This document shows positions 1 to 12,940 of a stretch of DNA of 64,000 bases, one piece after another. The notes under the pieces are model-generated. The model was not told the DNA's origin. It was given only the letters and a program-made list of their open reading frames with translations, and did not search any database. Both the position numbers and the translations under genes were made by a program. Each line of letters starts with the position of its first letter. Positions within the stretch are counted from its first letter, which is position 1. This DNA is from Pseudomonadota bacterium (lineage in GTDB: Bacteria; Pseudomonadota; Gammaproteobacteria; Thiohalomonadales; Thiohalomonadaceae), in the NCBI GenBank assembly GCA_040755915.1, contig JBFLWM010000035.1, positions 6,362 through 70,361 on the forward strand, given 5' to 3'.

Positions 1-386
1 GTTCCGACCTGATGCACCCGCTGGGGGCGCTGATCACCGGCGGCATCGCCGGCGCCCTGTTTGTCTGGCTGTTCACCCTGGCGCAGAACCGCTGGAAGAT
101 CGACGACGTGCTCGGCGTGTGGCCGCTGCACGGCCTGTGCGGCGCCTGGGGCGGCATCGCCGCCGGCATCTTCGGCCTGGAGGCCCTGGGCGGCATGGGC
201 GGGGTCAGCTTTATGTCCCAGCTCGTCGGCACCGTGCTCGGCATCGTCATCGCCTTCGCCGGCGGCCTGGCGGTATACGGCGCCCTGAAGAAGCTGGTGG
301 GCATCCGCCTGTCCGAGGAGGAGGAGTTCCACGGCGCCGACCTGTCGATCCACAAGATCATGGCGGAGCCGGAATACGACCGCTGA
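1..386 (+). CDS. amt: Ammonium transporter (Amt family), C-terminal fragment; the 5' end lies outside the window
   Basis: The frame is open from the window edge to TGA 384-386. The translation is hydrophobic-helical and contains DDVLGVWPLHGLCGAWGGIAAGIFG, the conserved Amt C-terminal histidine region. Confidence 0.85.
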   Translation, partial: SDLMHPLGALITGGIAGALFVWLFTLAQNRWKIDDVLGVWPLHGLCGAWGGIAAGIFGLEALGGMGGVSFMSQLVGTVLGIVIAFAGGLAVYGALKKLVGIRLSEEEEFHGADLSIHKIMAEPEYDR

Positions 387-407
387 CCCTCTTGCCGGAC
401 TGTCTGC

Positions 408-440
408 GAACGGGCCGCCTGTGCGGCCCGTTCCGTTTCC
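408..440 (+). terminator. Probable intrinsic terminator after amt
   Basis: Perfect 11-bp stem GAACGGGCCGC/GCGGCCCGTTC (408-418 / 423-433) with loop CTGT, 22 nt after the amt stop. The downstream tract CGTTTCC is only weakly U-rich. Confidence 0.5.
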
Positions 441-495
441 GCGGCGCGGATTCGGTATAGTGTGCGCACGAGCGCATGCCCCGAATCCCTGACCG

Positions 496-1305
496 ATGAT
501 CGCCAAATCCCACCTGTCCCCCGCCGCGCTGGCCGGCCTGATTGGCCGCCGCGCCCTGCAGTCGCTGCTGTACGTGGTGGACCTGACGGTGTTCGTGCTG
601 TACGCCATGCGCAGCTGGGGCGGCCGCCGCGGCCTGTTCAACCGCGCCAGCTACCACGCCGTCATCGCGCAGATGATCTTCACCGGCATCGATGCCCTGT
701 TGTCGGTCACCCTGCTCGGGCTGGCGGTGGGCGCCGGCATCACCGCCCAGTTGATCCTGCTGTTCCAGGTGGTCGGCAGCGAGGCCGACGTCATCAACGT
801 GCTGACCAAGGTGGTGGCGCTGGAGCTGGCGCCGCTGCTCACCGCCATCATCGTCATCGGCCGCACCGGTTCGGCCATTGCCGTCGACCTCGGCAACATG
901 AAGCTGCACCGCGAGGTGGAGGGGCTGACCCTGCTCGGCATCGACGTGCAGGACTTCTTCATCAGCCCGCGCCTGGTGGGCGTGGCGCTGTCGCAGCTGA
1001 TCCTGGCGGTCTATTTCGCGGTCATCGCCGTGGTCAGCGGCGTGTTCTTCAGCGCCCTGCTGGCATCGTTCGGCTACCTCAAGTACCTGCTGGCGATCCC
1101 GCTGGCCTTCGACCCCGTCGCCCTGGTCGGCTTTGTCGTCAAGAACCTGATGTTCGGCCTGCTCATCGGCGGCAGCGCCTGTTATCACGGCCTGCGCGTC
1201 GGCATCTCGCCCACCGAGGTGCCGCAGGAGACGCAGCGCGCCATCGTCAACAGCCTGGTGCTGATCTTCCTGCTCGACGGCCTGATGGCGGTGACCCTGT
1301 TATGA
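496..1305 (+). CDS. MlaE-family ABC permease (second, divergent copy)
   Basis: 269 aa and multi-helical. The overall layout and length resemble the canonical MlaE at 44990-45775. The stop overlaps the next start (ATGA at 1302-1305). Confidence 0.85.
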   Translation: MIAKSHLSPAALAGLIGRRALQSLLYVVDLTVFVLYAMRSWGGRRGLFNRASYHAVIAQMIFTGIDALLSVTLLGLAVGAGITAQLILLFQVVGSEADVINVLTKVVALELAPLLTAIIVIGRTGSAIAVDLGNMKLHREVEGLTLLGIDVQDFFISPRLVGVALSQLILAVYFAVIAVVSGVFFSALLASFGYLKYLLAIPLAFDPVALVGFVVKNLMFGLLIGGSACYHGLRVGISPTEVPQETQRAIVNSLVLIFLLDGLMAVTLL

Positions 1306-2057
1306 GTGATGAGGTGCTGCTGCGGGCCGAGGGGCTGGTGCCGGCGGGGCTGGACGCACCGCCGGCGCTCGATCTGGTCCTGAGCGGCGGGCTGGTGGTG
1401 CTGGCCGGTCCGGGGCGGGAGCGGCTCAGTGCCTGGCTGCATACCCTGGCCGGCCTGGCGCCGCCTGCGGCGGGCAACCTGCTGCTGCTGGGGCGGCCGC
1501 TGAGCGGGACCGGGGCGCACCGCTGGCAGCAGCTGCGCCGGCGCGTCGGCTATGTCAGTCCGGCGGTGCCCCTGCTGTCCATCATGAGCGGCCTGCGCAA
1601 CGTGATGCTGCCGGCGCAGTATCACCGCCTGGCGCCGGAGCGCGAGGTGGAACGGCGCGCGCGGACGCTGCTGGGCGAGATCGCCTATGATGCCGATCAC
1701 GATGCCCTGCCGGCGCACATGAGCGAGCTGCAGCGGCGCCACCTGCTCATCGCCCGCGCCCTGATCCTGGAACCGCGCGTGCTGCTGCTGGAGCAGCCGC
1801 TGGACGGCCTGGACCTGCCGGCAGCGGAGCGGCTGCGCGAGTACCTGGTGGACCGGGTGCGGCCGCGGGTGGAGCTGCTGCTGGTGGCGGCCAACGATGC
1901 CCTGCTGGCGCATCGGGCCGATGCGGTGCTGTTCGTCAGCCGGCAGAGCGTGCGCCTGTTCGACAGCTGGGCGGCATTGCTGGCCGACCAGGCCGCCGAC
2001 GTGCAACGCTATCTGGAAATGGAACGCCGCCCCTGCGCGGCGCTGGAGCCGAACTGA
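1302..2057 (+). CDS. ABC nucleotide-binding-domain-like protein with degenerate catalytic motifs (MlaF-like pseudo-ATPase)
   Basis: 251 aa. Collinear with the MlaF encoded at 44169-44993, but all five motifs differ. Walker A is GPGRERLSA (Mla[10 protein letters not shown]). Q-loop is YVSPA (LFQSG). Signature is MSELQRRH (LSGGMARR). Walker B is LLLEQP (IMYDEP). H-loop is AAND (VSHD). The ATG at 1302 lies within the longer track ORF 462-2057. Confidence 0.75.
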   Translation: MSDEVLLRAEGLVPAGLDAPPALDLVLSGGLVVLAGPGRERLSAWLHTLAGLAPPAAGNLLLLGRPLSGTGAHRWQQLRRRVGYVSPAVPLLSIMSGLRNVMLPAQYHRLAPEREVERRARTLLGEIAYDADHDALPAHMSELQRRHLLIARALILEPRVLLLEQPLDGLDLPAAERLREYLVDRVRPRVELLLVAANDALLAHRADAVLFVSRQSVRLFDSWAALLADQAADVQRYLEMERRPCAALEPN

Positions 2058-2059
2058 AC

Positions 2060-3079
2060 ATGGCCGAGCAACGCGTTCATTACATCCATCGCCTCAGCTA
2101 CAGCGCGCGCGAGCGCCTGGTGGGCGTGTTCGTGCTGGTGGCGCTGGCGGTGGTCTTCGGCCTGATCTTCATCAACAGCCGCACCTCGCACCTGTTCGAG
2201 GAGCGCATCAGCTATCACGCCTACCTGAAGAACGCCCAGGGCGTGAGCACCGAATCGGTGGTGAAGATCTCCGGCATCGAGGTGGGGCGCGTCTCCAGCA
2301 TCGATATCGCGGCGGACAACCGCGTGCACCTGGAACTGTTCGTCTACAAGCGTTTCCAGAACCTGCTGCGCGCCGACTCGCGTGGCGCCCTGTCCAAGCT
2401 GTCGGTGCTGGGCAAGGCGGTGATCGACATCTCCGCCGGCTCGGTCAGCGCCCCCTTGCTGCCCGAGGGGGCGACCCTGCACATCGAGGAGCCCAAGTCG
2501 CTGGATGAGCTGATGGCCGATCTGACGCCGGTGCTGGAGAAGGTGACCCGGATCGTCGACGGCGTCGCCACCCTGGTGGAAGCGGTGGAGCCGGGAGATG
2601 TCACCACCACCTCGCGCGAGATGGCGCGCACCCTGGAGAGCATGCGCGCGATCAGCGAGCAGATCGCTTCCGGCAAGGGGGCCGTCGGTCAGGCCGTATT
2701 CAGCCGGGAGGTCGAGCGGCAGGTTGGCGGATCGCTGGCCAGTCTGGAGAGCGTGCTGCGCAAGGCCGACCAGCGCCTTGCCGAAATGGCACCGCTGCTG
2801 GCCAATGCCGGCGCCATCACCGACGAGGGGCGCACCACCACGAAGGAGCTGTCCGGCCTGGTGGTGGAGGCGAAGGACCTGGTGAACCAGATGAACACTG
2901 CCATGGGCACGGTCAACGTCGAACTGCAGCAGCTGCCCGAACTGGTCAGCCGCATGAAGCTGCTGATGGACTCCACCGACCGTACCCTGCAGGGCATGCA
3001 GCGCATCTGGCCGCTGTCGGCCGCCGTGCCGGCAGACGGCGAGGAAACCCTGATCGAGGCCCAGCCGCGCAATGACTAG
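2060..3079 (+). CDS. MCE/MlaD-family substrate-binding protein with long helical C-terminal extension
   Basis: 339 aa. N-terminal TM helix LVGVFVLVALAVVFGLIFI, then an MCE-like core (VKISGIEVGRVSSIDI...) and a roughly 180-aa helical tail. The start is 3 nt after the preceding stop. Confidence 0.85.
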   Translation: MAEQRVHYIHRLSYSARERLVGVFVLVALAVVFGLIFINSRTSHLFEERISYHAYLKNAQGVSTESVVKISGIEVGRVSSIDIAADNRVHLELFVYKRFQNLLRADSRGALSKLSVLGKAVIDISAGSVSAPLLPEGATLHIEEPKSLDELMADLTPVLEKVTRIVDGVATLVEAVEPGDVTTTSREMARTLESMRAISEQIASGKGAVGQAVFSREVERQVGGSLASLESVLRKADQRLAEMAPLLANAGAITDEGRTTTKELSGLVVEAKDLVNQMNTAMGTVNVELQQLPELVSRMKLLMDSTDRTLQGMQRIWPLSAAVPADGEETLIEAQPRND

Positions 3080-4004
3080 ACTCTGGCTCCTTCCCCTCGC
3101 CGCCATGCTGCTTGCCGCCTGCGTCAGCGCACCGGAGCAGCGCCCGGCGGCCCTGCTGCAGGGTGAGCGCATCCTGGCGATGGGCGTGCAGTCCTTCCGT
3201 GCCGATGACTATGCCAATGCGGCGACCCATTTCACCCAGGCCCTTGGCCACTACCAGGGACTGGACCACCAGGACGGCATGCTGCGCGCCCGCATCAACC
3301 TCGCCGAGACGGCGCTGGCGGTGGGCAACGGGGCGGCGGCGGAGCGCCATCTGCTGGCCGCCGCACCCCTGGCGGAGGGCGCGGCCGCGCAACGGGTGCA
3401 GTTGCTGCGTTCGTCGGTGGCCCTGCAGCAGGGGCGGTACGCGGCGGCGGTGGAGCTGCTGACACCGCTGCTGGCGGGAGCGCATGGCAGCGAGACCCTC
3501 TATCGCAGCGCCCTGGCCAACCGCGCCGATGCCGCCCTGCTGGGCGGGGAGGCCGAGGCGGCCGCCTGGGTGGAACGCTATGCCGCCGCCGTGGGCGGGG
3601 GCGCGGATGGATTTGCCGCGCGCCTGCACCGCTTCCGGGCCGAGCTGGCGCGCCGCGCCGGCGAGCATGCCGCGGCCGCTGCGGCCCTGGAGCAGGCGCT
3701 GGCGCTGTACAAGGCCCTGCCGGATCGACCCGGCACCGCCGCCACCCTGGAGGCCTGGGGTGAGCTGCTGGCGGAGCAGCAGCAGTGGGAGGCGGCCGCC
3801 GATCGCCTGGAGCGCGCCCTGCACATCCGCCTGTGGCTGCTCTCGCGGCGCCATAGCGCCGCCGACCTGCAGCGTCTCGCCGCCGTCAACGAGGCGCGCG
3901 GCCAGCCGCAGCGGGCGGCGGCGCAGCGCCGCTGGGCGGAGATCGTGGCCGGTGATGGCCGCATCGATTGGGGCGCCCTGCAGCGGGAAGTACTTCCCCA
4001 GTAA
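3072..4004 (+). CDS. Ala-rich TPR-like lipoprotein, fourth gene of the MCE operon
   Basis: 310 aa. Signal peptide with lipobox LLAAC. The remainder is repetitive Ala/Leu-rich helical-hairpin sequence. It overlaps the MCE gene by 8 nt, consistent with translational coupling. Confidence 0.6.
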   Translation: MTRLWLLPLAAMLLAACVSAPEQRPAALLQGERILAMGVQSFRADDYANAATHFTQALGHYQGLDHQDGMLRARINLAETALAVGNGAAAERHLLAAAPLAEGAAAQRVQLLRSSVALQQGRYAAAVELLTPLLAGAHGSETLYRSALANRADAALLGGEAEAAAWVERYAAAVGGGADGFAARLHRFRAELARRAGEHAAAAAALEQALALYKALPDRPGTAATLEAWGELLAEQQQWEAAADRLERALHIRLWLLSRRHSAADLQRLAAVNEARGQPQRAAAQRRWAEIVAGDGRIDWGALQREVLPQ

Positions 4005-4071
4005 AACAGTAATAAATGACACCGGGCCGGGTTGGTTATAAAATGAGCGCCCTTTTTTGCCGGCCCGTCCC

Positions 4072-5409
4072 ATGACCCGTTCCGTATACATCAAGACCTT
4101 CGGCTGCCAGATGAACGAGTACGACTCGGCGCGTCTGGTGGACGCCCTGCGCGCCGAGTGCGACCTGGTGCCGGTGGACGCCCCGGAACAGGCCGACGTG
4201 CTGCTGCTCAATACCTGCTCGGTGCGCGAAAAGGCGCAGGAGAAGGTGTTCTCCCTGCTCGGCATGTGGAAGCCGCTGAAGGAGAAGAATCCCGCGCTGG
4301 TGATCGGTGTCGGTGGCTGCGTGGCGAGCCAGGAGGGCGATGCCATCCGCCAGCGCGCGCCCTACGTCGACCTGGTGTTCGGCCCGCAGACCCTGCACCG
4401 CCTGCCGGCGATGCTGAAGGCGGTGTGGGCCGAGCATCGGCCGGTGGTGGACGTGTCCTTCCCCGAGATCGAGAAGTTCGATCGCCTGCCCGAGGCGCGT
4501 GCCGAGGGGCCGAGTGCCTATGTGTCGGTGATGGAGGGCTGCTCCAAGTTCTGCACCTACTGCATCGTGCCGTACACCCGCGGCGCCGAGGTGAGCCGTC
4601 CCTTCGACGACGTCATCGCCGAGGTGGCCGGTCTCGCCGCGCAGGGTGTGCGCGAGGTGAATCTGCTGGGGCAGAACGTCAACGCCTACCGCGGCGTGAT
4701 GCACGACGGCGAGATCGCCGACCTGGCCCTGCTGATCCACTATGTCGCCGCCGTCGACGGCATCGAGCGCATCCGCTACACCACCTCCCACCCGATGGAG
4801 ATGAGCGACCGCCTGATCCAGGCCTATGCCGAGGAGCCCAAGCTGGTCAGCTTCCTGCACCTGCCGCTGCAGAGCGGCTCCGATCGCATCCTGGCGCTGA
4901 TGAAGCGCGGCCACACCACGCTGGAGTACAAGAGCATCATCCGCCGCCTGCGCGCCGTGCGTCCCGACATCTGCATCTCGTCGGATTTCATCGTCGGCTT
5001 TCCCGGCGAGACGGAAGAGGATTTCCAGGCCACCCTGCGCATGGTGGAGGAGATCGATTTCGACCACAGCTTCAGCTTCATCTACAGCCCGCGCCCCGGC
5101 ACGCCGGCGGCCGACCTGCCCGATGACGTGCCCCTGGAAGTGAAGAAGGAACGTCTGGCGCGCCTGCAGCAGCTCATCAACACCAATGCCCAGCGCATCA
5201 GCCGGCAGATGGTCGGCAGCGTGCAGCGTGTGCTGGTGGACGGTCCCTCACGCAAGAATCCGCTGGAACTGAGCGGCCGCAGCGAGAACAATCGCGTGGT
5301 CAACTTCCCCGGTGATGCCGCCCTCATCGGCCAGTTCGCCGACGTGCGCATCACCGAGGCCCTGCCCAACTCCCTGCGCGGCGAGCTGGTCCGCGCCGCG
5401 GCGGCGTGA
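4072..5409 (+). CDS. miaB: tRNA-2-methylthio-N6-dimethylallyladenosine synthase MiaB
   Basis: N-terminal [14 protein letters not shown], radical-SAM cluster [11 protein letters not shown] and a C-terminal TRAM-like region. I prefer ATG 4072; the track ORF starts at TTG 4057. Confidence 0.95.
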   Translation: MTRSVYIKTFGCQMNEYDSARLVDALRAECDLVPVDAPEQADVLLLNTCSVREKAQEKVFSLLGMWKPLKEKNPALVIGVGGCVASQEGDAIRQRAPYVDLVFGPQTLHRLPAMLKAVWAEHRPVVDVSFPEIEKFDRLPEARAEGPSAYVSVMEGCSKFCTYCIVPYTRGAEVSRPFDDVIAEVAGLAAQGVREVNLLGQNVNAYRGVMHDGEIADLALLIHYVAAVDGIERIRYTTSHPMEMSDRLIQAYAEEPKLVSFLHLPLQSGSDRILALMKRGHTTLEYKSIIRRLRAVRPDICISSDFIVGFPGETEEDFQATLRMVEEIDFDHSFSFIYSPRPGTPAADLPDDVPLEVKKERLARLQQLINTNAQRISRQMVGSVQRVLVDGPSRKNPLELSGRSENNRVVNFPGDAALIGQFADVRITEALPNSLRGELVRAAAA

Positions 5410-5427
5410 TGGTTCACGGCAAGAACA

Positions 5428-5506
5428 TTAACCGCAGAGTACGCGAAGGTCGCGCAGTGTATCCGGGCTGGTCTGCTTCCTGGCGTACTTCGCCTCCTTT
5501 GCGGTT
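5428..5506. repeat. Palindromic intergenic repeat, family A, copy 1 (miaB-phoH spacer)
   Basis: TTAACCGCA-G-AGTACGCGA (5428-5446) pairs imperfectly with GCGTACTTCGC...TTTGCGGTT (5483-5506). It shares these arms with the copy at 6516-6591. Confidence 0.6.
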
Positions 5507-5521
5507 GCTGGAGTTTTACAT

Positions 5522-6505
<984 letters not shown>

Positions 6506-6515
6506 TGAAGAATGT

Positions 6516-6591
6516 TTAACCGCAAAGTACGCGACGTGACGCCAAGCAAGGCAAAGACTACTTTGCGGAACTTTGCGTACTTCGCGGTTAA
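6516..6591. repeat. Palindromic intergenic repeat, family A, copy 2 (phoH-ybeY spacer)
   Basis: Inverted repeat TTAACCGCAAAGTACGC (6516-6532) / GCGTACTTCGCGGTTAA (6575-6591), with one mismatch and a 42-nt loop. Confidence 0.65.
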
Positions 6592-6597
6592 CGGCTT

Positions 6598-7065
6598 ATG
6601 ACATTGACTGACGAACCGATGATCGACCTCGACCTGCAAATTGCTTCCGCTGCCTCCGGCCTGCCGGCCGAAGATGATTTCCGCAGCTGGGTGGAGGCGG
6701 CGCTGGCCGGCCGCCGCGCCGAGGCGGAACTGACCATCCGCGTGGTGGACGAGGAGGAGAGCGCCGAGCTGAACGGCACCTACCGCCACAAGCAGGGGCC
6801 GACCAACGTGCTGTCCTTCCCGTTCGAGGCGCCGCCCGGCGTGGCGCTGCCGCTGCTGGGCGACATCGTCATCTGTGCCCCGGTGGTGGCGCGCGAGGCA
6901 CAGGAGCAGGACAAGACCGCCGCGGCGCACTGGGCGCACATGACGGTGCACGGCTGCCTGCACCTGCTGGGCTATGACCATATCGACCCCGCCGAGGCCG
7001 AGATCATGGAAAACCTTGAAAGGGATGTGCTCTCTGCCCTAGGCTATGCGGACCCCTACGCCTGA
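6598..7065 (+). CDS. ybeY: Endoribonuclease YbeY (rRNA maturation factor)
   Basis: 155 aa with the zinc-binding motif [11 protein letters not shown]. Confidence 0.95.
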   Translation: MTLTDEPMIDLDLQIASAASGLPAEDDFRSWVEAALAGRRAEAELTIRVVDEEESAELNGTYRHKQGPTNVLSFPFEAPPGVALPLLGDIVICAPVVAREAQEQDKTAAAHWAHMTVHGCLHLLGYDHIDPAEAEIMENLERDVLSALGYADPYA

Positions 7066-7142
7066 AGGCAGCGGTCAAAAAACAGTCACCCGATTGATTT
7101 ACTATCGATTCAACCTCTTTATTTCTCTCCGGACTACCCCCT

Positions 7143-8036
7143 ATGAACGACGGTCGACCTAGCGGCGACACCAATGAACCACGGCGCAGCTGGCTGGAGC
7201 GCCTGGGCCAGGCCCTGCAGGGCAACGAGCCCAAGGACAAGGAAGATGTCATCGAATTTCTGCGTGATGCCCACAAGCGTCACCTCATCGACGGCGATGC
7301 CCTGGACATGCTCGAGGGGGTGCTGTCGGTATCCGACATGCAGGTGCGCGACATCATGGTGCCGCGCTCGCAGATGGTGGTGGTGGAGCGCGAGCAGGGG
7401 CTGAACGATTTTTTGCCGATGATCATCGACGAGGCCCACTCGCGCTTCCCGGTGATCGGCGAATCGCGCGACGAGGTACTCGGTATCCTGCTGGCCAAGG
7501 ACCTGCTGCCCTTCGTGGCCCGCGGCGGCGACGGTTTCGATATCCGCGAGGTGCTGCGTCCGGCGGTGTTTGTCCCGGAGAGCAAGCGCCTCAACGTGCT
7601 GTTGCGCGAGTTCCGCACCAGCCGCAACCACATGGCCATCGTGGTGGACGAATACGGCGGCGTCGCCGGCATGGTCACCATCGAGGATGTGATGGAGCAG
7701 ATCGTCGGCGAGATCGAGGATGAGCACGACATCGACGAAGACGACATCGAGATCCAGCAGATCAGCAAGGGCCGCCACACGGTGCGTGCGCTGACCTCCA
7801 TCGAGGATTTCAACGAGCACTTCGGCTCCGATTTCTCGGACGAGGAATTCGACACCATCGGCGGCCTGCTGCTGTCGCAGTTCGGCCACATGCCCAAGCG
7901 CGGCGAGATCATGGACATGGGCGGACTGCGCTTCAAGGTGCTGCGCGCCGACAGCCGCCGCCTGCACCTGGTGGAGGTCACCAAGGCCCCGTTGCCCGAG
8001 AATGGCAGCGACTACACCGGCGAGGGCATCGCCTGA
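7143..8036 (+). CDS. corC: CorC/YbeX-type Mg/Co efflux-associated protein (CBS pair plus CorC_HlyC domain)
   Basis: 297 aa. The tandem CBS-like region begins at DIMVPRSQM and is followed by the transporter-associated C-terminal domain. Synteny with ybeY and lnt supports the call. Confidence 0.9.
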   Translation: MNDGRPSGDTNEPRRSWLERLGQALQGNEPKDKEDVIEFLRDAHKRHLIDGDALDMLEGVLSVSDMQVRDIMVPRSQMVVVEREQGLNDFLPMIIDEAHSRFPVIGESRDEVLGILLAKDLLPFVARGGDGFDIREVLRPAVFVPESKRLNVLLREFRTSRNHMAIVVDEYGGVAGMVTIEDVMEQIVGEIEDEHDIDEDDIEIQQISKGRHTVRALTSIEDFNEHFGSDFSDEEFDTIGGLLLSQFGHMPKRGEIMDMGGLRFKVLRADSRRLHLVEVTKAPLPENGSDYTGEGIA

Positions 8037-8054
8037 GCGTAAAAGGAGTCCGCG

Positions 8055-9590
8055 CTGTCCAGCCCAATCGCACAGGCATTCCGGCAGCCCGGCTGGCGCG
8101 CTGATCTGAGCGCGGCACTGGCCGGCGCGCTGTTGCCGCTGGCCTTCGCGCCGGTCGGATGGTTTCCCCTCGCCGCGCTGTCTCCGGCACTGCTGTTTTT
8201 CTCCCTGCATGCACTGAGCCCGCGCGCGGCGCTGCGGCGAGGTTTTCTGTTCGGCCTCGGCCTGTTCGGCGTCGGCGTGTCCTGGGTGTATGTGGCCATC
8301 GCCGATTTCTCCGCCAGCGGCGTGGCGGTTGCCGTCATGCTCACGGCGCTGTTCGTCGGCGCCCTTGCCGCCTATCCCGCCCTGTTTGCCTACCTCGCTG
8401 CCCGCTGGCAGCGGCGTGGCGCATTGCCGCCCGCGTTGTGGTATCTGGGACTGCTGCCGGCCTTGTGGATGGCCTTCGAATGGCTGCGCGGCTGGCTGTT
8501 CACCGGTTTCACCTGGCTGCAGCTGGGTTACAGCCAGACGCAGTCGCCGCTGGCCGGGCTGGCGCCGCTGTTCGGCGTATATGGCATCGGCCTGGTGCTG
8601 GCACTGAGCGCCGGGGCGCTGGCCTGGCTGCTGCACAGCGGACGCCGTGCCTGGCCCGGTGCCGTGCTGGTGGCGGGGCTGTGGCTGGCCGGCGGGGGGG
8701 CGCAACAGATCGAATGGACGCAGCCGGCAGGAGAGCCGCTGCGCGTGGCGCTGATCCAGGACAATCTGCCGCAGGCCACCAAGTGGGACCCGGCACAGTT
8801 CAATGCCCGGCTCGATCTGTATGCCCGGCTGACGCTGGAAAATCTCGCCGCGGCGGATGCGGTGATCTGGCCGGAGAACGCCGTCACCGTGTTCTATCAC
8901 GAGCTGAAGGACAGTTATTTCGACTGGCTGGCGGCGCAGGCGCGGGGGCAGGGCACCGACATCGTCGTCGGGGTGCCGGTGAAGCGGCGTGACGCGCCGG
9001 GTTACTACACCAGCCTGATGGTGCTGGGGGCGCAGGAGGCCGCGTATCACAAGCACCATCTGGTGCCGTTCGGTGAATTCGTGCCGCTGGAGGGGCTGCT
9101 GCGCGGCCTGATCAGCTTCTTCGACCTGCCCATGTCCGGCTTCTCGTCCGGGCCGGCGGCGCAACCGCCGCTGCCGGTGGCGGGGCAGCGCGCCGCCATG
9201 TCCATCTGCTACGAGGATGCCTTCGGCGAGGAACTGCTGCACAACTTCCCCGCCGCCACCCTGCTCATCAACGGCAGCAACAACGCCTGGTACGGCGACT
9301 CGCTGGCGCCGCACCAGCATCTGGAGATCGCGCGCATGCGCGCCATCGAAACGGGACGGCCGCTGGTGCGCGCCACCACCACCGGCATCTCCGCCCTGGC
9401 CGATCACCGCGGCCGCCTGCTCGCCACCGCGCCGCAGTTTGTGGAGTACGTGCTGCGCGGCAGCGTGCAGCCGATGCAGGGGATGACGCCCTATGCCCGC
9501 TGGGGTAACTGGCCGGTGCTGGTGTTGCTGGCGCTGCTGCTGGGTTGGGTGTATTGGAGGCAAAAAAGAGGGCGCGGCGCCGGGGACTGA
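8055..9590 (+). CDS. lnt: Apolipoprotein N-acyltransferase Lnt; start codon uncertain, probably non-canonical CTG
   Basis: Multi-TM N-terminal half plus a C-terminal C-N hydrolase domain (VIWPENAV; MSICYED catalytic Cys). The track ORF begins at TTG 8133, which would truncate the first TM helix. There is no ATG, GTG or TTG in frame between the stop at 8040 and 8133. AAGGAG at 8043-8048 sits 6 nt before CTG 8055. Confidence 0.9.
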   Translation: MSSPIAQAFRQPGWRADLSAALAGALLPLAFAPVGWFPLAALSPALLFFSLHALSPRAALRRGFLFGLGLFGVGVSWVYVAIADFSASGVAVAVMLTALFVGALAAYPALFAYLAARWQRRGALPPALWYLGLLPALWMAFEWLRGWLFTGFTWLQLGYSQTQSPLAGLAPLFGVYGIGLVLALSAGALAWLLHSGRRAWPGAVLVAGLWLAGGGAQQIEWTQPAGEPLRVALIQDNLPQATKWDPAQFNARLDLYARLTLENLAAADAVIWPENAVTVFYHELKDSYFDWLAAQARGQGTDIVVGVPVKRRDAPGYYTSLMVLGAQEAAYHKHHLVPFGEFVPLEGLLRGLISFFDLPMSGFSSGPAAQPPLPVAGQRAAMSICYEDAFGEELLHNFPAATLLINGSNNAWYGDSLAPHQHLEIARMRAIETGRPLVRATTTGISALADHRGRLLATAPQFVEYVLRGSVQPMQGMTPYARWGNWPVLVLLALLLGWVYWRQKRGRGAGD

Positions 9591-9610
9591 GCCCTCCGTC
9601 CCGACATTCC

Positions 9611-10132
9611 CTATTCGTCGCTGCGCGAGACGCGGCGATACACGGTGCCGTGGCACTTGGGGCAGGGCGGGATGTGGCCGATGTGGTGGAAGTGCAGCTT
9701 TTCACCACAGGCCTTGCACTGCAGGGTGCCGATGCCGGTGACCTCGCCGCTGTGCCACTCGCCCACGGCGTCGGCGCGTTCCGCCAGCTGGCCCAGTTCG
9801 ACGCGGGTGTAGTCCACGCTGTCGCGGAACAGGTCGGCCAGTCCCTTTTCCACCAGTTGCAGGTCGAACCTGAGCCACTCCCCCAGCTCGCTGCCGGTGT
9901 CGGCGAGGAAGCGGGCGGCATCCTCCAGGTCGCGCCGCAGGTAGCCGCCGACGCGTTCGGCCTCCTCGCGGCTCAGTTCGCCCAGCTCGGTGGCCGTCTC
10001 CTGGGCGCGCTCGATGGCCCGATCCACCACCGGCGCCGCCTTGTGCTCGGCGTCTTCCACCGCCGTCTTCAGGCGGCCCAGCATGCGGTAGTAGGCATCG
10101 GTCAGGTGCTGTTTCATGCCGGATTCGCTCAT
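9611..10132 (-). CDS. ybeL: Zinc-ribbon protein of the YbeL/DUF1451 type
   Basis: 173 aa. Helical N-terminus and a C-terminal CxxC...CxxC ribbon (CKACGEKLHF...CPKCHG). It sits next to leuS, as ybeL does in enterics. Confidence 0.75.
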   Translation of the reverse strand: MSESGMKQHLTDAYYRMLGRLKTAVEDAEHKAAPVVDRAIERAQETATELGELSREEAERVGGYLRRDLEDAARFLADTGSELGEWLRFDLQLVEKGLADLFRDSVDYTRVELGQLAERADAVGEWHSGEVTGIGTLQCKACGEKLHFHHIGHIPPCPKCHGTVYRRVSRSDE

Positions 10133-10167
10133 GGTTCCTCTCCTTCCTCGGGCTGACTTTTCCGTAG

Positions 10168-12930
<2,763 letters not shown>

Positions 12931-12940
12931 TGGCAAGTTT

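Noticed and set aside
4023-4067. 8-bp inverted repeat CGGGCCGG/CCGGCCCG flanking an AT-rich loop between the TPR-lipoprotein gene and miaB
   Set aside because: The stem is short with a loop of about 30 nt and no U-tract in terminator geometry, so this could be chance in GC-rich DNA. It is not reported as a terminator.
7066-7142. AT-richer ybeY-corC spacer with TTGATT ... TTTATT promoter-like hexamers and CGATTGA/CGATTCA direct repeats
   Set aside because: The hexamers match the consensus poorly and the spacing is ambiguous. The evidence is insufficient to call a promoter or operator.
7134-9656. 840-aa ORF on the minus strand, antisense to corC and lnt
   Set aside because: The translation is Arg/Gly/Ala/Pro/Gln-rich low-complexity sequence, typical of shadow ORFs in high-GC DNA. 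The opposite strand encodes two well-supported conserved proteins.
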